A DNA stretch of 64,000 nucleotides from Moniliella sp. 'wahieum' (taxonomy: Eukaryota), in contig RSEE01000035.1 in NCBI GenBank assembly GCA_003971905.1, forward strand, positions 62,001-126,000, in the 5' to 3' direction. A program made the position numbers and the translations under genes. Shown one piece after another: positions 13,303-27,767 of this stretch. Positions within the stretch are counted from its first letter, which is position 1. Every line of letters begins with the position of its first letter. The notes below the pieces were generated by a model. The model was not told the DNA's origin. It did not search any database and worked only from the letters and a program-made list of their open reading frames with translations.

Positions 13303-14057
13303 ATGTCGGCCTTCTCTGAACGTACGTCTCTTTCCGGACCCCCTCGCCGTCGTTTTCTTTTGGGCCTGCTCTGCCTTGCCCTGGCCCTCCCGCCTCCGCT
13401 CCCGTGCGCGATTGCGGATGTCCTCCTCGCGCAAGGTCTTGGCTGCTAGCTTGCCCATCGACCAGAGATGGTGGCTAACGTTCAACCCTCCGTTGTTGGA
13501 TTGAGGGCCCTGCAGTGATTCCTGCGACATTGCTGGGCAAATGGACGCTGCTGGTCGGCACGATTGCGTTGCTGAACGGTGCGCAAAACTTTTTCAAGCC
13601 GTCTTTTAGCCGCAAGGTCTACACTTTGGCCGGTGCCAACGTGACGCCTCTCTCGGCGCGTACGTTTGGTACTTGGAACATCACCTCGGCGTTCATTCGC
13701 ATCTATGCCGCCTACCATCTGTCCAACCCCCAGTGCGTTCCTTCTTCTGGTGTGTTTGTAGTGTGCGCGTGTGTCCAGCTAACCAGACGGGGCGCTGGCA
13801 ACCCAACAGAGTGTACCAATTGGCCATGTGGTCGTACGTCATTGCGCTTGCCCACTTTGGCTCGGAACTGGTGGTGTGGAAGACGACCAACTTGATTCCG
13901 GGTGTGATCAGCCCGTTCATTGTGGCCAGTAGGTCTCCCCCTCCTCTTGTATGCGTGTTGGATCGGTTTGGACTGACTGACCTGTCCCGGTCGGCTTGCT
14001 TGGCCAGGCTCTTCGTTGGTGTCGATGTGGCTGCAGTACGACTACTATATGGCGTAA
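13303..14057 (+). CDS. ERG28: ergosterol biosynthesis scaffold protein Erg28
   Basis: The spliced product contains LGKWTLLVG..NGAQNF, VTPLSARTFGTWN..SAFIRIYAAYHLSNP, VYQLAMWSYVIALAHFGSELVVWKT, SPFIVA and SLVSMWLQYDYY. Three introns (first 13322-13515). Confidence 0.93.
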
Positions 14058-14510
14058 GAACCACGGAAACAGATCGGCGTGCGTGGCATGTGGCCCTCTG
14101 GGTTAGGAGATGCTTTGGGGAATGCATGCATGTGGCCCCAGGACAGCTGCATCCGCAGGAGTGGGAAGCTGCTAGTGTCGGAGGTACAGTACAACACGGC
14201 GGGGCCGAGAGGAAAAGAGAGGGGGAGAAGGAGGGCCGATGGGGTCTTTTCAGATCGCAGATGAGCAAGTGTTGATTGCGTAGGCTGATGGGTGATGTGA
14301 TGGCCCACCGCTGATGCAGGCCAGCGGATCGCATTTGTTCCTTTCCGACGCCCAACGCAGCATTTCTTCTTGGCGTGACGTAAGCAGCACGTCCTCCTGC
14401 GTTGTGGCCTCTCGTACGCCTTGTCGGGGGGCATTGGACAGAGAAGACGGCGCTGGTGCTCCTCTCCATCCCCACCTCCACCTCCTTCATCTCCACCCTC
14501 ACCTTCCCCC

Positions 14511-15616
14511 ATGCTGGTCAGGACAGCGCCCTCGTTTCTCCGGCGCAGTCTGCCGTCCGTGGCGGCGTCCGCATCTGCATCTGCGCCTTGCCCCGCCGGT
14601 GCGCGCGCCGTGCACACGGTGCTGCCGCTCAAGCCCAAGTTGGCCGAGGGCGCGGCGCCCTTCCTGAGCAAACAGGCGGTCCAGGTGGTGGCGGTGGACT
14701 GGCAGAAAGGCTTGCTGGAGCGCCTTAACGATGAGGTGCGCGGCACGGAGCTGGAGACGTCTTCCGTTGCTTCCACCGTCGTCCGCACCCGCGGCGACCA
14801 GTACCTGACCCAGACCTTCAACCTCGCCTCGCTCGCCGCCAACAATTCCTTCTTCTTTAGCAACCTGGTACGTTGTCCCCACCTTGTTGGCCTCCTTGAC
14901 ACATGGCCTTGAGCCTTGCAGCTTAGCCCTCTATGCCCCGTCACTTTGCTTGGTTTTTCCTTGTATTGACCCTCTTGACTCAGCGCCCGGCACCGAGGAT
15001 GCCCGATGCGGGCAGTGCCCCTTCGGTTGGCCTGCAAGACGCGATTACCAAGACGTTTGGTTCGCTGGAGCAGTTGCAAACTGCAGTCAAAGCGGTGGCC
15101 GACGGGATGACCTCGACCGGCTGGATCTGGGTCGCGGCCGACGTGGCGGGCAACGTGGGGATTGTGCCGTCGTATGGCACTGGCACTGTTCTCACCCCGT
15201 TCCGCATGCAAGCCGGCAACGTGGATGCGCGTCTCAGTATGGAAAAGGCGTTGATGGATGCTTTCCCGACCCAGGCTGAGGGTAAGAGCGAGGGCGACAA
15301 GGTTTCCGAGCAAGCCGAGGGCGACAAGGGTTCCGAACCAGTCGAGGACGATGTGTTTGCCGCGTCCGACTCGCCGCTGCAATTTGAAAAGCTGGAGCGA
15401 TTTACGCCCTTTACCTACCCGCCCGAGCTGGGCCTGCACAAGCACCAGCGGCCCATCACGCCCCTGTTTATCATTAGCATGCAAGAGCACGCTTGGGCGC
15501 TCGACTATGGTGTGTGGGGTCGCGACGCGTACCTGGACAACTTTTGGAAGTGTCTCGACTGGACCGAACCCAACCGCGCGTACACGCGCGTGGTGCGGGA
15601 ACTGCTCAAGGTCTAA
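14511..15616 (+). CDS. Fe/Mn-SOD-fold mitochondrial small-subunit ribosomal protein (Mrp1/Rsm26-like; mS43/mS42)
   Basis: Arg/Ser/Ala presequence followed by HTVLPL..PFLS..DWQKGLLERLN, FNLASLAANNSFFF, FGSLEQL, GWIW and SMQEHAWALDYG..YLDNFWKCLDW. SOD fold, but the metal ligands are degenerate. Intron 14868-14983. Confidence 0.8.
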
Positions 15617-16108
15617 GTCAACCAAACTAGATACATCTTCCCTGCCTTTCAAACCATCGTGGTAGTGCCGTGACGTGAAGAGGATAGTTTCCCTAGACAC
15701 GCCCCGCTGTGACGCGGACACGTCCCCCCTGCCTTGTGGATGTGCATGCACCTGTGCCTGCGCCTCCTTATGCTCGCTTATCCCGTCTGCCCTCTTTCTA
15801 CGACCGACACTGTGTCTTGCACTCGATGCTTCGTTCGCTTCCATGCTCGTAATCAGCGTCCATTTCCTTTCAGTTAATTGGGGCCATCGGAATGCGGCCA
15901 GGGTACAGTAGAGCGCCTCCCTCCCGCTAAGTGCGTGCGTGCTTCCTTTGCTTGTCCCGGGAGAGGTGAGACGTGAGACGTGAGAGATGATAAAACAATC
16001 GACATATCGTTGTACAGCTGGAACCTGGGCAAGTACATAAAGGTTACCGCTTATCTGGTACCAGTTCTTGGCTCCTGGTTGTCCGTTACCACGCTCGCCC
16101 TGCCAAGC

Positions 16109-19100
16109 TCACTGGACCAGAGGCAAATTCGGCTGACCGCCACCGGTAGCCATGGCCAGTGCGAAGGAATCGTTGGCGGCGACGTAGTCCTGGATTGGGG
16201 TGGTGGCACGGGCCGCCGAGGCATCCAGTGCCTCGCCTGCGTGCGAGGCAGAGATGGGGCCAGCATAGGCCGCGGCGCGCGAAAGGACTTTGGCCACCTG
16301 CTTTTGTGGGTCGCGGCCGGATTGGGTGTTGTTGCGGGAGAGGTGGACGCTGGAGTTGCGGCTGAGGCCTTGGTAGTTGGAAGGCGGGGCGAGCTGCTGC
16401 GGCACAGCGCCCGCGACGAAAAAGTTGGACAGATCATGCAGCTGAGCCACAATGCCTTCCAGCTCGTCGATCTGGCTCTGGTCCGACCCGCCCGGACCAG
16501 GCGTCGTCTCCCTCGTGCGCGCCTCGGACGTATTCCACAAGCTCACGTCCGATACATCCCCTGCCTCAACAAAGTTGACGTGCACAGCCGCCGGCACAAT
16601 GTCTAGGTTTTGCTCGCAGCGACGGAAGGTGCTGGCCAAGTTGCTCCGTGTGCGCACCGTGGCCTCATGCGCATCGGCCACGGACCAGCCCGTGAGCGAG
16701 GCCGGGCCAAAGAATCGGTTGCTCGGATTCTCTTCACTGCCGCCCGGCAGGCCTGCCGCGGCGCCCATGCGAGACCGGGCGCCCCACTGCGCCCCACTAC
16801 TGAATTGGAACAGCTGGCGCGCCGAGGGCCCGCTGTGCACTTTGGCCGTCAAGTTGAGGCAGCTGAGTGCATCCTGGGCCGAGTCATCGCCACTGTGGAG
16901 CGCAAGCAGTAAGGGAATCCAAATGTCCGAACTAAACTCGGCGAGCAACGGTGTCTGGCTTGGTCCCAAACTGTCGACAAATGCTTTGGCCACCTTGAGG
17001 GCGACGGTGCGCGCCTCGGGTTCGGGCGCCAAGGCTGAGCCAAACAGCAAGAACACAGTTGGTTCGAGCAAGTGCGGCACGTAGTGCACCTTAGCCCCAT
17101 TGACTCCTTGCCGGATCAAGTCGTCAATGATCTTGAACCGTGCGTTGGCGACTGCTTCGCAGGTCCTTTGTAGATCGGACAGTCCCTTGGCCGCAAAGCG
17201 CGTGGCCAGTGCGGTTGCAATGTTGACTGTCAACGTTTTCTCCTCTGGCACGATGGTATGCCTCGACTCGAGCGACATGACAAAGTAGGGAAGCATCGCC
17301 ACGAAGCATAGCCCCAACCAACGATCCTCGTCGTACATTCGTGCCAGGCTCTCCATCTCGAGCAGTTGCTGGGTCAGCTGCATCGCTGGCCTCCGCGTCG
17401 TAGAACAATGAAAGGCAAGGAGAATGCTCAATGTCCAATCTGGATTGCCCTGGTCCCAATCGGGCGGTTGTTGGCTCAAAAACGTGTCGACAAGTGACGT
17501 ATGCTTCAACTGCGCAATCTTGTCCAGCAGAACGGACAAGAGAGAGAACGCTTCGGCGCACTCGGACTCATTGATGGAGGTCATGGACGCCAAGCAGGTC
17601 CAGAGACAGGTAACAGCAAAGTCCCCCAGCGAGGCCGAATCGTCGCTTAATACAAGTTGCTGCGTCATGGAGCGGATGGTTTTCAGCGCTTCAATACTAA
17701 ACAGCGACACATCGTCGCTCCCATCCGAAATGGAGCCCGAAAGGCGGCCCAAAATCTCAGCCAGCGACGTGGCCTCGGCAGGAGGGTTGAGCTGACGGAA
17801 GATGACAAAGGATTGGCACGCAAACGCGCGCACAGGAACCGATGTCGACCACAACAGCGCCACCCGGCGCCACTCGGCCAAAAGCGCCACGCTCCCATCT
17901 TCCTCGGAAGATAGCGACGGCGAACTGGGTGCCGAGAGAGCAGTGGGGGGAGGGGGCAACGAGATCAGCTCGAGGATATCGGCTGGGACGGATGTACGAA
18001 TGGTGGCAGGCTGACCCTCGAGCACATCCTCCAACAAACTCGTGGCTGCGTCCTGAACAGGAGGCCAGAGTGAGGTGATGTGCAGGGCGGCCACGTGAAG
18101 GACAAGCACACGGTATTCATCGCGCACATTGGAATTCACCCCGCACAAGGCGAGGAAGGTTAAGAGCAAGGCAGCCGCAGAAATGGGGTTGTCCTCTTCC
18201 CGGCAGTAGGCCAGCAAATTTCGAAGATCGGGAACAAAAGCGGTATCGAACTGGGCGTCTTGGTCATACACGAACGGTTTGACTGCCAAGGAAATGGCCG
18301 AGTTGGGTGTCAAGGCCGCGCATGCCTCTTTCCAAAACAGGTCCGGGTGGAGACGGTGCACAAAGGCAACCAGACGATGGGTAGCATCGAGCATGCGCTG
18401 GTGCTGCACGTGCTGATTGCAGTCGAGCAAAAAACGGATCAACACCTGAACATTTTCCACGACCCGTTCCCCCTCCCGCAGAGGGCAGCAATGCACTCAT
18501 GCAGATGCTCTTCAACTGCTTCTTCCAATTGGACCGTGATCCAGACCAAGTTGGAGAGGATAATGTACGTCTCCGCACTAAACCCATGCTCAGAGCTGTA
18601 GGAAAGTTGGACTCCATCCAGCGCAGCGGCAAGGACAGCCGATATGACGCCGCGAGTGTGTCTTCGTACGGAAAGTTGCTCGACCCGCGCCCGCATTCAG
18701 CCAGGACCCAGCAGCGGACAGCTTTGAGCTGGTCGCCCATGACACGACAGACAGTGTACGCGTGCACATGGATCGAGGGAGTGCTCTGGCGCAGCCGCGC
18801 ACGAGAATACACGATACTGGGAGCAAGGGTACGGAGCCAGTCAAAGGCGGCCAAACGCGCGTCGCTATCATCGTCCGTCATTTTAAACAGGAGCAAAACG
18901 TTGAGATGGCGTTGGAGCACCCGTTCGGGAATGCTGGACCGTTGTTGAACTAGCTCAAAAAAGACGGAATTGACAAAAGGTGCATCGGCCGCTTCATCGT
19001 ATACCATATCGACCACGCTGCTCCAAACCGTCTGGCTGGCCTTGTGCTTGGTTAAGATGTTTTGGAAGGCACGGCTAGCAAGAACACGATCGTTAGCACG

Positions 19101-22100
19101 GTACAATTCTTTCGCGCGATCAAGAATGGAGAGGAACTTACTGTGCAGGCTCCCGGGCCGTGGCGTGGGTGAGATGAGAAGTTTTCGGGCCCAGGTCAAG
19201 ACCCAAGAGACGGAATTACGCGTGCCTGACAATGGTGTCTGGCCTTCCTGTTCGGGGAGAAGAATAGGGACGCAGGAGCAGAGGGAAGCAAGGCACTTGG
19301 CCGCCTGGTGGGCCAATTCCTGGATACCAGCCCGCAAGTCATTCACGACGCGCAGCCGGGCTTGTTCGTCCCTTTGTCGGTACGCCGCACTGGTAATCAA
19401 CTCGGCCAGCTTGGTCTTGCCGTTATCCCCCGTCGGATCAAATGATTGCCATTCAAGACAGAGGGAGAACAACTCGTTGATGTTCTCCAAGGAGAAGAAA
19501 CGTGTCGCCGTACCTTCTTCTACGACCGAGTCGACAAAGTGGGCCACGACGGTGGAAAACGCAACGCGAACACTGTTGTGGTTCACATCGTCCTTCATTT
19601 TGATCGTCTTGAGGTAAACCAACATCTCCTTGATCCAAGAGAGGACGAGGTACGTCTCATCGGAACGGTGGGGATCATCGATAACCTGGATGTAAGGGAT
19701 AATCGCACTGAGGATCATCGACGTTGCTTTCCGCCCTTGATTCCCTCGTGTGCGTACGAAATGTCGCGCCGATGGTGATGGAGATGTCCCGCGGTGGCCG
19801 AGGGAAGCGGGGCAGGTTTCCGGTCGTCGGCGGATAAATCGGCCATGGCAAGATGAAGTTGCTTGAGCGTGATGTAAAACAAGTGACGGTTGATGCCCCC
19901 CACAGCATAGGCTGCGCCTTCGCTTACTTCGGGCTGGCCATTGATCGCATGGCTGAGCAACTCCTTGATCAGTTCGCTCCCAGTCACCGTTGATGTCTCT
20001 GCCCCGGGATCGCTGAGTTGGCGTTTGTGTGCAGCGGGAGTGTCGGAGGAAGTGCCAGCGGTGGTACTGACGGCGGCAAGGCAGCAAGCGATGGAAGACC
20101 AGGTTTGGACGATCAAGTCAAGGTTGGAGCTACTGAGGCGTCCCAAGTTGGAGCTTTGGGACGAAAGGGACGACGCTGCGAGATAGGACTCGAGAATGGT
20201 GAACCGGCTCGCCAGGTTGGACTTGACCAGCGCCATGATGGTAGGGAAGAGCCGGCCGCATTGTCGGAAAAAGCAAGCCTGCACCGAGCGCCAGGAGATG
20301 CCATTGACCGACTCACGCGCTTGCAGTACTTCGCTCAATGTCACATCGGATGGGCGTAGGTGAGTGTTGCTGTTAAACCCGGCCAACAAATCATCGCCAA
20401 GCGCCACCTCGATCCGAGTCCGAAGCAGTTGCCAGACCCGCGATGCCTGGGTCAGGGAAGCCACGTTCAGCTCCGACACCCGCCGCGTCTCGCCCGACAA
20501 GAGAATCTCCACTTGAAACGCATGTTCTGACACTTTGGCAGCAATCCGCCGGAGCGCGACAGCTGGCAAAGCCATGAGTACGACACTGTAGACTCGACCT
20601 CATCCAGGGCAGACCAAATGCCAGCCCGACTCATAGGCTTAGGCGGAGGATCGGGGGTGGAAGCAACAGCCGATCCGTTTGCCGCACCGGCGGTATCACC
20701 AGCCGATCCGGCAGCTGTGGAGGTGGCCTCGTGTTCGGCCCGAAGATGTTCGTGCCACTTATCAAAACACATTGACCACACGTCGAATAGGTGGATCGTC
20801 TTGCGCAGGAGGAAATCTTGAGAACTGCCCGAATCGAACCGGAAAAGCTCGGGCCGCATCAGACTGCGACCAAGGAAGGAGAGCAGGTCCATTGACAAAT
20901 CGGGCCGGGCGGCAAACCGACGAAACGCATTCTCAGCAGCCAAGGCCAACGCCCAATCAGGACTGATGATAGCACGAAAGAGAATGGAGAAGGCCTTGTT
21001 GCGAGTCACCTTGCTGGTAAGGCACTGGGGCCAGATGTTGATACAAGCACGAAGGACGTCCATGTAGGGCTGGTGGACATGCGAGTAGGCCGCCGCAGCG
21101 CGCATGTCCTGGTGAAAGCGCCACACCAAGCCTTCCCGTTCGGAATCCACCGAGAAGTACTCGGTGGAGTTGGAGGCGGTGGGGTGGGCCCCACTTCCAG
21201 CTGAAAGGGGCGTACGGTCGTACACGGTCACATCCGCCAGCTGTGGTCGCATAATAGAGCGACCTTTCCTACCAAGTCCTCAAACTTCTTGTGCGTCGTG
21301 TCAATGCTAGCCGTGGGAACTCCATCGGCACCGCACACGCCGTCCCATCCGGGTTGCCCGTAGCTAACAGCCGGGTTACCGCCGGGTCGAACGGAAAGGT
21401 ATCGGGAAAGGGAGGTGATTCCTTTGCCTGGAAAGATGCCCAGGTCATGTTGATCGCCCGAATGGCGGCAACCATGCGGGGCTTGTTGATCACCTCGGGC
21501 TGGTTTAACACCGTATTGGACTGCAACGCGGTAGCGCGGAGGAGGTCGAGGATAAAGTCACTCCCCAAGTCAAACTGCGGTAGAGGACATAGTGTAACAT
21601 GAGTGCATGGAACTCACTTCCAGTCTCGGGTAACTCGAGGGTGCGGCGTGACCAGGAAACCAAACACGGAAGAAGGCTTCCAGGCGGCGTGTGGTCGCGT
21701 TGCTACTCTCTTTACATCGAAAGAGGTAGACCCAGAGCAAGCGACTTGCACACTCTGCGATCAGCGTCCGCTGCGACCGATCCTTCAAGTGCGGGAAGAC
21801 GTTTCCAGGTATGCCCACCAATCGTGCAGAAATACGTCCTCCTTGGAGGCACACAGGATCGCGGTGCCCAGCAAGAATCCAGAAGTCCAGTACCGCGGCT
21901 TGGCGATCATCGAGAGCGCCTTGGGCCAAATGGTCTCAGTTACTTCGACCCACGAGGGATGGTGCAGTTCCACCGTTGCATTCTTGGCCACCTGCAACAG
22001 CAACGCCGCTAGGGTCTCGGCGAACGTGTTTTTACTCCGACCCCGAGCAGTGACAAACATCTTGGCCACCGACAGAATGGCCTCAGCGCAATCCTCAAAG

Positions 22101-24069
22101 GCGTCCATGGGGAACGTCTGGAATGAAGTGAGAGTAGTCAGTGGATCGCCTATCCAAGAAACCATGAGAAAGAAGGTGGACGTACAATGATGCGCATCTT
22201 AGTCACAACCTGATCTGCAGGTCGGTCTCCATGTCGGGCTTCTCGTTGGATTGGCCGACAAACTCTTTTGTCCCAAAGACAGGATGGTGTCGGTAAGACG
22301 GGTACGATACACGGCACTAATGGACGCAGAAAACTGGCCCAAGGAGGTTTGAGCGCGAGAGAAAAGGCGGTCGCTCAAGCTGCGAAGCATAAGCGATTCG
22401 CGCAAGAAACTCAGGAGGTTTTGAACCGGATCAATCGAGTTATTGCCAACGTCAACCTGTTGAGAAACCGAGTCCATGACAATGGTCAAGGCATCTACCA
22501 GGTTGATGAGCGATGTGAGTTGGGTCTGTCGTACTTGGGCCTGATTGGCGATCAGCTGCGCCTTGGAAGGGGTAGGCGGCGCACTTCCCAGCACGGATCC
22601 AGAGGTGAAATCTTCGGCATCGCCCCCACCGACAAGGGTGGTAGTACTGTTGTTGTGGAGCGTAAGCGCGTCCAGGGGACGCGATCCAATTTGGACCGAG
22701 CGCCAGTTGAAAAGCGAAGACCAGACCAACGGTAGGTCGGTCACAGCAGCGCGTCCTAGAGACTTGCATACACTTTCAAATGCCGGTTCGATCGCCGCGC
22801 TCTCCCTCCTGGTTTGCGCAGCTTGGGTTGGAGAGCTTGGTCGCAGCAGCAGAGAAGGACAAATAATGCTTGGTGGAGCTGGTGTCGCCTTGATCAGTCA
22901 TGAGGTACGCAGCGCGAAGGCGGGCCAAGTCAGTGAATTCGGCGAGCAACGTATTGAGCGCATAATGCAACGGCGCTTGCGCATCCGGAATCCCACGCCC
23001 TTGGACAACGCTGTCTCGCCCGAAAAGGGGATGGTGCCCGGGCTGGGTCCAGCTCCGCCGTAGTAGACTTTGGCGCTTGCGGACCCATCTGTGCGACCAG
23101 TCACGTTCTGCAGCACCTCCAAAGACGAGTCGGAACTGCTGAACGTCTTGAATGCGTCCCCTTGAAGGTGTAGCGGGAAAGGAGGGACAGGAGGAGCGCC
23201 AGGGAAGGTGCCCTCAAAGCTGCTTCCGGCCAGGGAGCTGCCCGAGAGCTGAGCGCTTATGCAAGTGGCCATAGCTGCGCCCCAGGTCCATCCCGTGCCC
23301 ATCGGAATCCGACGCGGTCCCGTGGGCAACACTGACCAGGCTACCTGTGCGCTGATGGGTGCGGGTGGAGATGGAAGCAGGTAGTGGCGCAGACTCTGGG
23401 GCGCTGTCTTGTCGTACGAGCGACTGGACGAGAAGGAGGGACGGAAGGCAGGGGCGGAGGTGGGGGCGCCGACGGGGGAAGGAGCTCGTGGGCGGCGCTG
23501 AGAGCCAAGGTGGACTGGGAACTGACCAAGGAAAGCGGGTTGCTGGAGCTGGTAGCATTCTTCAGAACGGCACGCAGACTGGCCAGGCTGCCCTTCTTGC
23601 TCCCTTTCTCCTTGGGTGGACCATCGCGATCGCGGTCCTTGCCGCTGAGCGAGAGGCCGCCTGAGTTGTTGGGCAGGCGGAAGGGGAAGGAAGAGGTGGT
23701 GGTGGGCGCGGAGGCGAGGGCGGCAGCAAAGTTGTTCTCGCTGCTGGCATTGCTGCCGCTGCGGCCGTGCCAGAGGTCGGCGCTGCGGAAGGCGCCCATG
23801 GTGGCGGATGCGGAGACAAAGGGAGACGCGGAGGAGGCGGGGAGGGAGGGGAGCGGGGGCGGGGGCGGCGGGTGGGGTGGCGGCGGGGCCATCGTCGGTG
23901 GTGCCGTTGGCGAGGCGGGAGGGGAGGGAGAGGGGCGAGGCGGTGGAGGCGGCGGGGGGCGGCGGGTGGCGGCGGCCGAGGCGGGGACGGGCGCGGGGAG
24001 GGGGAGGGGGTCGGGGAAGTCGAGTCCGGTGCTCTCGAGCTCGTCAAAGTCGGGGATGACGACCTGCAT
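16109..24069 (-). CDS. TAO3: cell morphogenesis protein Tao3/Pag1/Mor2 (Furry family, RAM/MOR network)
   Basis: A chain of same-strand ORFs contains family-typical segments: MHYALNTLLAEF, VWSSLFNWR, SRLLWVYLFRCKESSNATTRRLEAFFRVWFP, PRMVAAIRA, FILDLL and WRRVALLWSTSVPVRAFACQSFVIFRQL. Total about 2600 aa, with multiple frameshifts and probable short introns. Confidence 0.88.
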
Positions 24070-24588
24070 GGGGGCGGGGGTGGGGTGGGGGTGGCGGCGG
24101 AGTTGCGTGCAGTGGCTTGGGCGGCGTGGGCGGCCGCTTGGAGCGCAGCTCGCCTGCCCGGCGTGGCGCTGGGCTGGCCTGGCCTGGGCCAACCCACGCT
24201 CGCTTGAAATTGCAGGCGAGCTGCGGCCTTCGCTGTCCCATATTAACTCTCCCTCACGCGTCACGCGTCACGCGTCATGCCTCACGTAATCCCCGCCGCT
24301 GTCTCCTGCCTGCGTCGCCTCTCTGGTCCCTTCGTTGTCACGTGATGCACACAGTGCCCATCCATCCTAAGGCTAGGCCTAACCCCCTGCCCCTGGCATC
24401 CTCGCCCGTCCATCGCGCGCTCTATTTCCACGTAGACGCCCTGTGGCGGAACCTGAGTGGATCAATGCGAGGCAGAGCGAGCACATAGCAGTGCCCACCC
24501 CGCGCACCAGAATTGAATTGCCTCGTGGCCAACCAAGGAAGCCCCCTCCTCCCGCCGCCTGCCCGCCCAGCCGCACGCCTTCACGCGC

Positions 24589-26120
24589 TCACGCCCGGCC
24601 CCACGTCCACGGCCGGAGCCAAGAGCGCGACGACGCAGACTGCGAGTGCGACTCTGGTGCGGGTGAGGGTGCAGTGGAGTCGCTGGCCGAGCCGGTCAGC
24701 TCGGCAACTTCGCGGATCCGGTCCCACTCGTCCTTGGCGTTGGAAGTACCGCCGATGCCATGGAAGCCATGCATCTGGTTCACCGTCTCCTTGGGCGACA
24801 CAACGCCCCACATTTTTGCCCATAGCTTCTCGGCAATCGTTGCGCTGGCCTCGGCATCGGCCTCGACCTGCGCTTCCCGCATCATCTCCCGGATCACCTG
24901 CTCCGTCTGCTCGTCGGTCAAGCCCGTGTCGTACAGATAGACGTCCTGCGGTTTGCCATCCGGCCGCAGCACCGCCGTTGCACGCTCCATCTCTTCCTTG
25001 GTAAACGGCGTACCGTAGAGCGAGACGCGCGACTGTTGGATTTGATCTTCAAACGTCGGCAGTGGTCGCAGCACCACCGCGGGGGAATCCAGATTGGGCA
25101 CCAACAACCCGTTCTTGGCAAGCGACTTGTTGAGATCAAATCGAGGCTCGTAATCGGGCGGGGCAACGGTACCATCACCCATATGGCCCTCTCGCGGGGG
25201 GGGAGGGTTGATGTTGAGGTACCGGCGCAGGTAGGAAAACGCATTCTCATCGTCGCCCCAATCGTACCACAGCGATCCATAGACCAAGATGCAGAGTGCC
25301 ATGCCCGAGACAAAGGCATGATAAGAGCGTTGCAAAAAGGAAGGCGCGCTGTGGTCGGGCAAGGTGGCCTTACCGATACCCAGCGCTTTGGGACTGAACT
25401 CGAACCCTTCCTTCTTGGCCTCGTCCATGTTGGCAAACCCCTTTGCATCGGCCAACCGACGATCCTCCATCCGATGCAAGCGACGCAAGTAACGTGCTGA
25501 CTGTTTCCGCCAGTAATCTCTCCACTCAGCCCGGGCGCGACGCTGGTCCTCGGACATGTGTTCTTCCGACTCGACCATCGTCTCGGTCCCATCAGCGTGT
25601 ACGTTAGGATCAATGATCCTGGAAAGCGGATGAATGCCCGCCTTGATCATGAAACGATCGAAAGACGTGTCGGTCAAAGAGGCGTCAACCTTTTGGTCTT
25701 GTGGGTCCTCCTGCGCCCGCTTCTCGGCCAACGCCTTTCGCTTGGCAGAAAACTTGTTGCTGGCCAAGATCTGGTCTTTGCTACGCCGGGGGGCGGAACG
25801 GTGCTCTTGGGCGAATTCAAGCGCTCGTTTGCGTCGCAACTCGCGATCCGACAACTGACTCTCATCCACCTCTTCCTCCGCTTCCTCGTCCCGCGGTGTC
25901 GGTCGGTGGCGTGGACCCTGGGGGGACCTTGGGGTGGGCCTTGGGGGGGACCTTGGGGGGGACCTTGGGGTGGACCTTGTGGGGGCTTAGCAGCAGCCAG
26001 CTGCCCAGAGCGGCGCAACCAGGCAGAGGGAGTGGTGTGCACCATCCTTCCTCTCCCCACTGCCGCCGCCCCTCGTCCGGACAAAAGCAACGTTGACAGT
26101 GCACCAGGGCGCGCAAGCAT
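24589..26120 (-). CDS. hypothetical, probably mitochondrial, single-TM protein with N-terminal PPQG repeats
   Basis: Presequence-like MLARPGALSTLLLSGRG..RMVHTT, then (PPQG)n, then a frameshift into the 426-aa ORF. TM FVSGMALCILVYGSLW is followed by YDWGDDENAFSYLRR. Confidence 0.6.
25915..25986. repeat. 12-bp coding minisatellite (PPQG x5-6)
   Basis: Tandem ccttggggggga-like units. Confidence 0.85.
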
Positions 26121-27767
26121 CAGCGACGCGCGCGACATGGCCAGGCCAGCTCCGATGGTGGAGCACCAGTTGTTCTGCCCTCATCAGGACGCCGGGGTGC
26201 CGAGTGCCCCATTCCGCCCGCGCATTCCGCCCCCACGCACGCAGGTCCATTCGTCGATCATCGATCATCATGCATCATGCAACATTGATCAACCCAACGC
26301 GGGAATCCGAGACGAAAATGTTCAGCTTGTGGAACTGCACGCAGTGGGGACCAGCACCCCGTGCAGTTGCACCGACGCACAGTGAGTACTACCTTGGGGC
26401 GTAGTATGCTTGTTGGGCGTCAGTGCCACTCCCACACAAACGTCTATCATACGGTGGCGGACAGCGGGATTGGATAGGAAACAGTGTGGGCACCGCGGGA
26501 AAAGGCAAATCCCCATACACCGCGCCCGCACCCCCCGCCTACTTGCCCCCACCCCGCCTCAAAACACCATCTCACAGCCGTCCCTTGTCAACCCCCTGGC
26601 CTTACCAATGTCGGCCCCCTCCTCCTTCCCACCCATCGCATCGCCCAACACCAAAGCGGAAGGGCGTGTGCGCGCTGCCTTGCTCGTCCTCGGCCTCGTT
26701 CGCGTGGCCGGGGTGCAACGCGTCAGCATGCGCCGCAGTCTCGGGCCGGCCTGGGTGATTGAGCAGCCAGAGTTTACAAGTCGGCGACGGACGACTCGTA
26801 TGTCATCTTTGGTGCTGGCCACCTAAGCCACCTGACGCCGCACGACCGCGAGGAGCAGCGTGACCTCGCACGTCTCTTTCCCACCCCTTCTTCCGTCCGT
26901 ACAGCAATAGATACACTACATGCCATGCAGGCCCAACCATGTGCACCCCCTGCGCCCTCCTTTTCCCCTGGCCAAAACCACGAACTGATCCTGAGCCCAG
27001 ACCAGATCCGACTCTTCCAGCACGCGGCGCAGAGCGCAGCAGATAACCCTGACCTGGCTTACAAGGCGCGTCAGGTATTGAATCATCATGGTCTGCCCAT
27101 CGGTTCCCCTCCCACTCTCGGCCTCTCTCCTGCAACGCAGGCTTTCCAAACGGATGAGATGGGAAGCAGTGCTGGTGCCATGGAAGTGGGGCAACAAAAA
27201 GGCCCGTCCCAAGTTCTCTCTCGTGCCTTTCTCCAATGACGATGCAGAGCCAGGGACACTAGACCAGCCGCAGTAGGGACAAGAACAAGGTGAAGATGAT
27301 GCCACTGATTCGAATTTCCTCCGTTTCGCCACTTCCTGCCCCACGAATTGGAGCAGTGGTAGAGGAATGGTGAGCAGATTGTAGCCCCATCCGGCATGCA
27401 AGTGCCCCCCCCCCGACTGGCCTGGCGCACTGCCTTACCATACCCGTCCCATACGAAGGGAGACTATGGAAGGAGACTAAAGGAAGCGGCAACAAGAACA
27501 CGGACCAATGAGAAAAATATTTGACGGTATACCCCTCAGCACCTCAGCCTGAACCTCCTGAACAGGGTCCTATTCAAGATTCAAGATTCGCATACCAAGC
27601 CACCATCGACCATCCCTGACGCTGTTTCTCTTCGCTCTCACGCACTGAGATCTCATGCATCCTGCGCGTTCGTAGCTTCTCCACTTCACAACGCTCTCCC
27701 GCTCGGATCACAGATCCCCCATGTGGGTCTCATTCACGCACACGCTTGATTTCTTGTAAGTTTGATC

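Noticed and set aside
14511..15616. Active Mn/Fe superoxide dismutase
   Set aside because: The N-terminal His ligands and the Asp of DxWEHAYY are replaced (NNSFFF, SMQEHAW), which fits the non-catalytic mitoribosomal SOD-fold proteins.
14045..15844. 599-aa minus-strand ORF and many similar long antisense or alternative-frame ORFs
   Set aside because: These are shadows of real genes in GC-rich DNA, with Arg/Gly/Pro-rich composition and no domain motifs.
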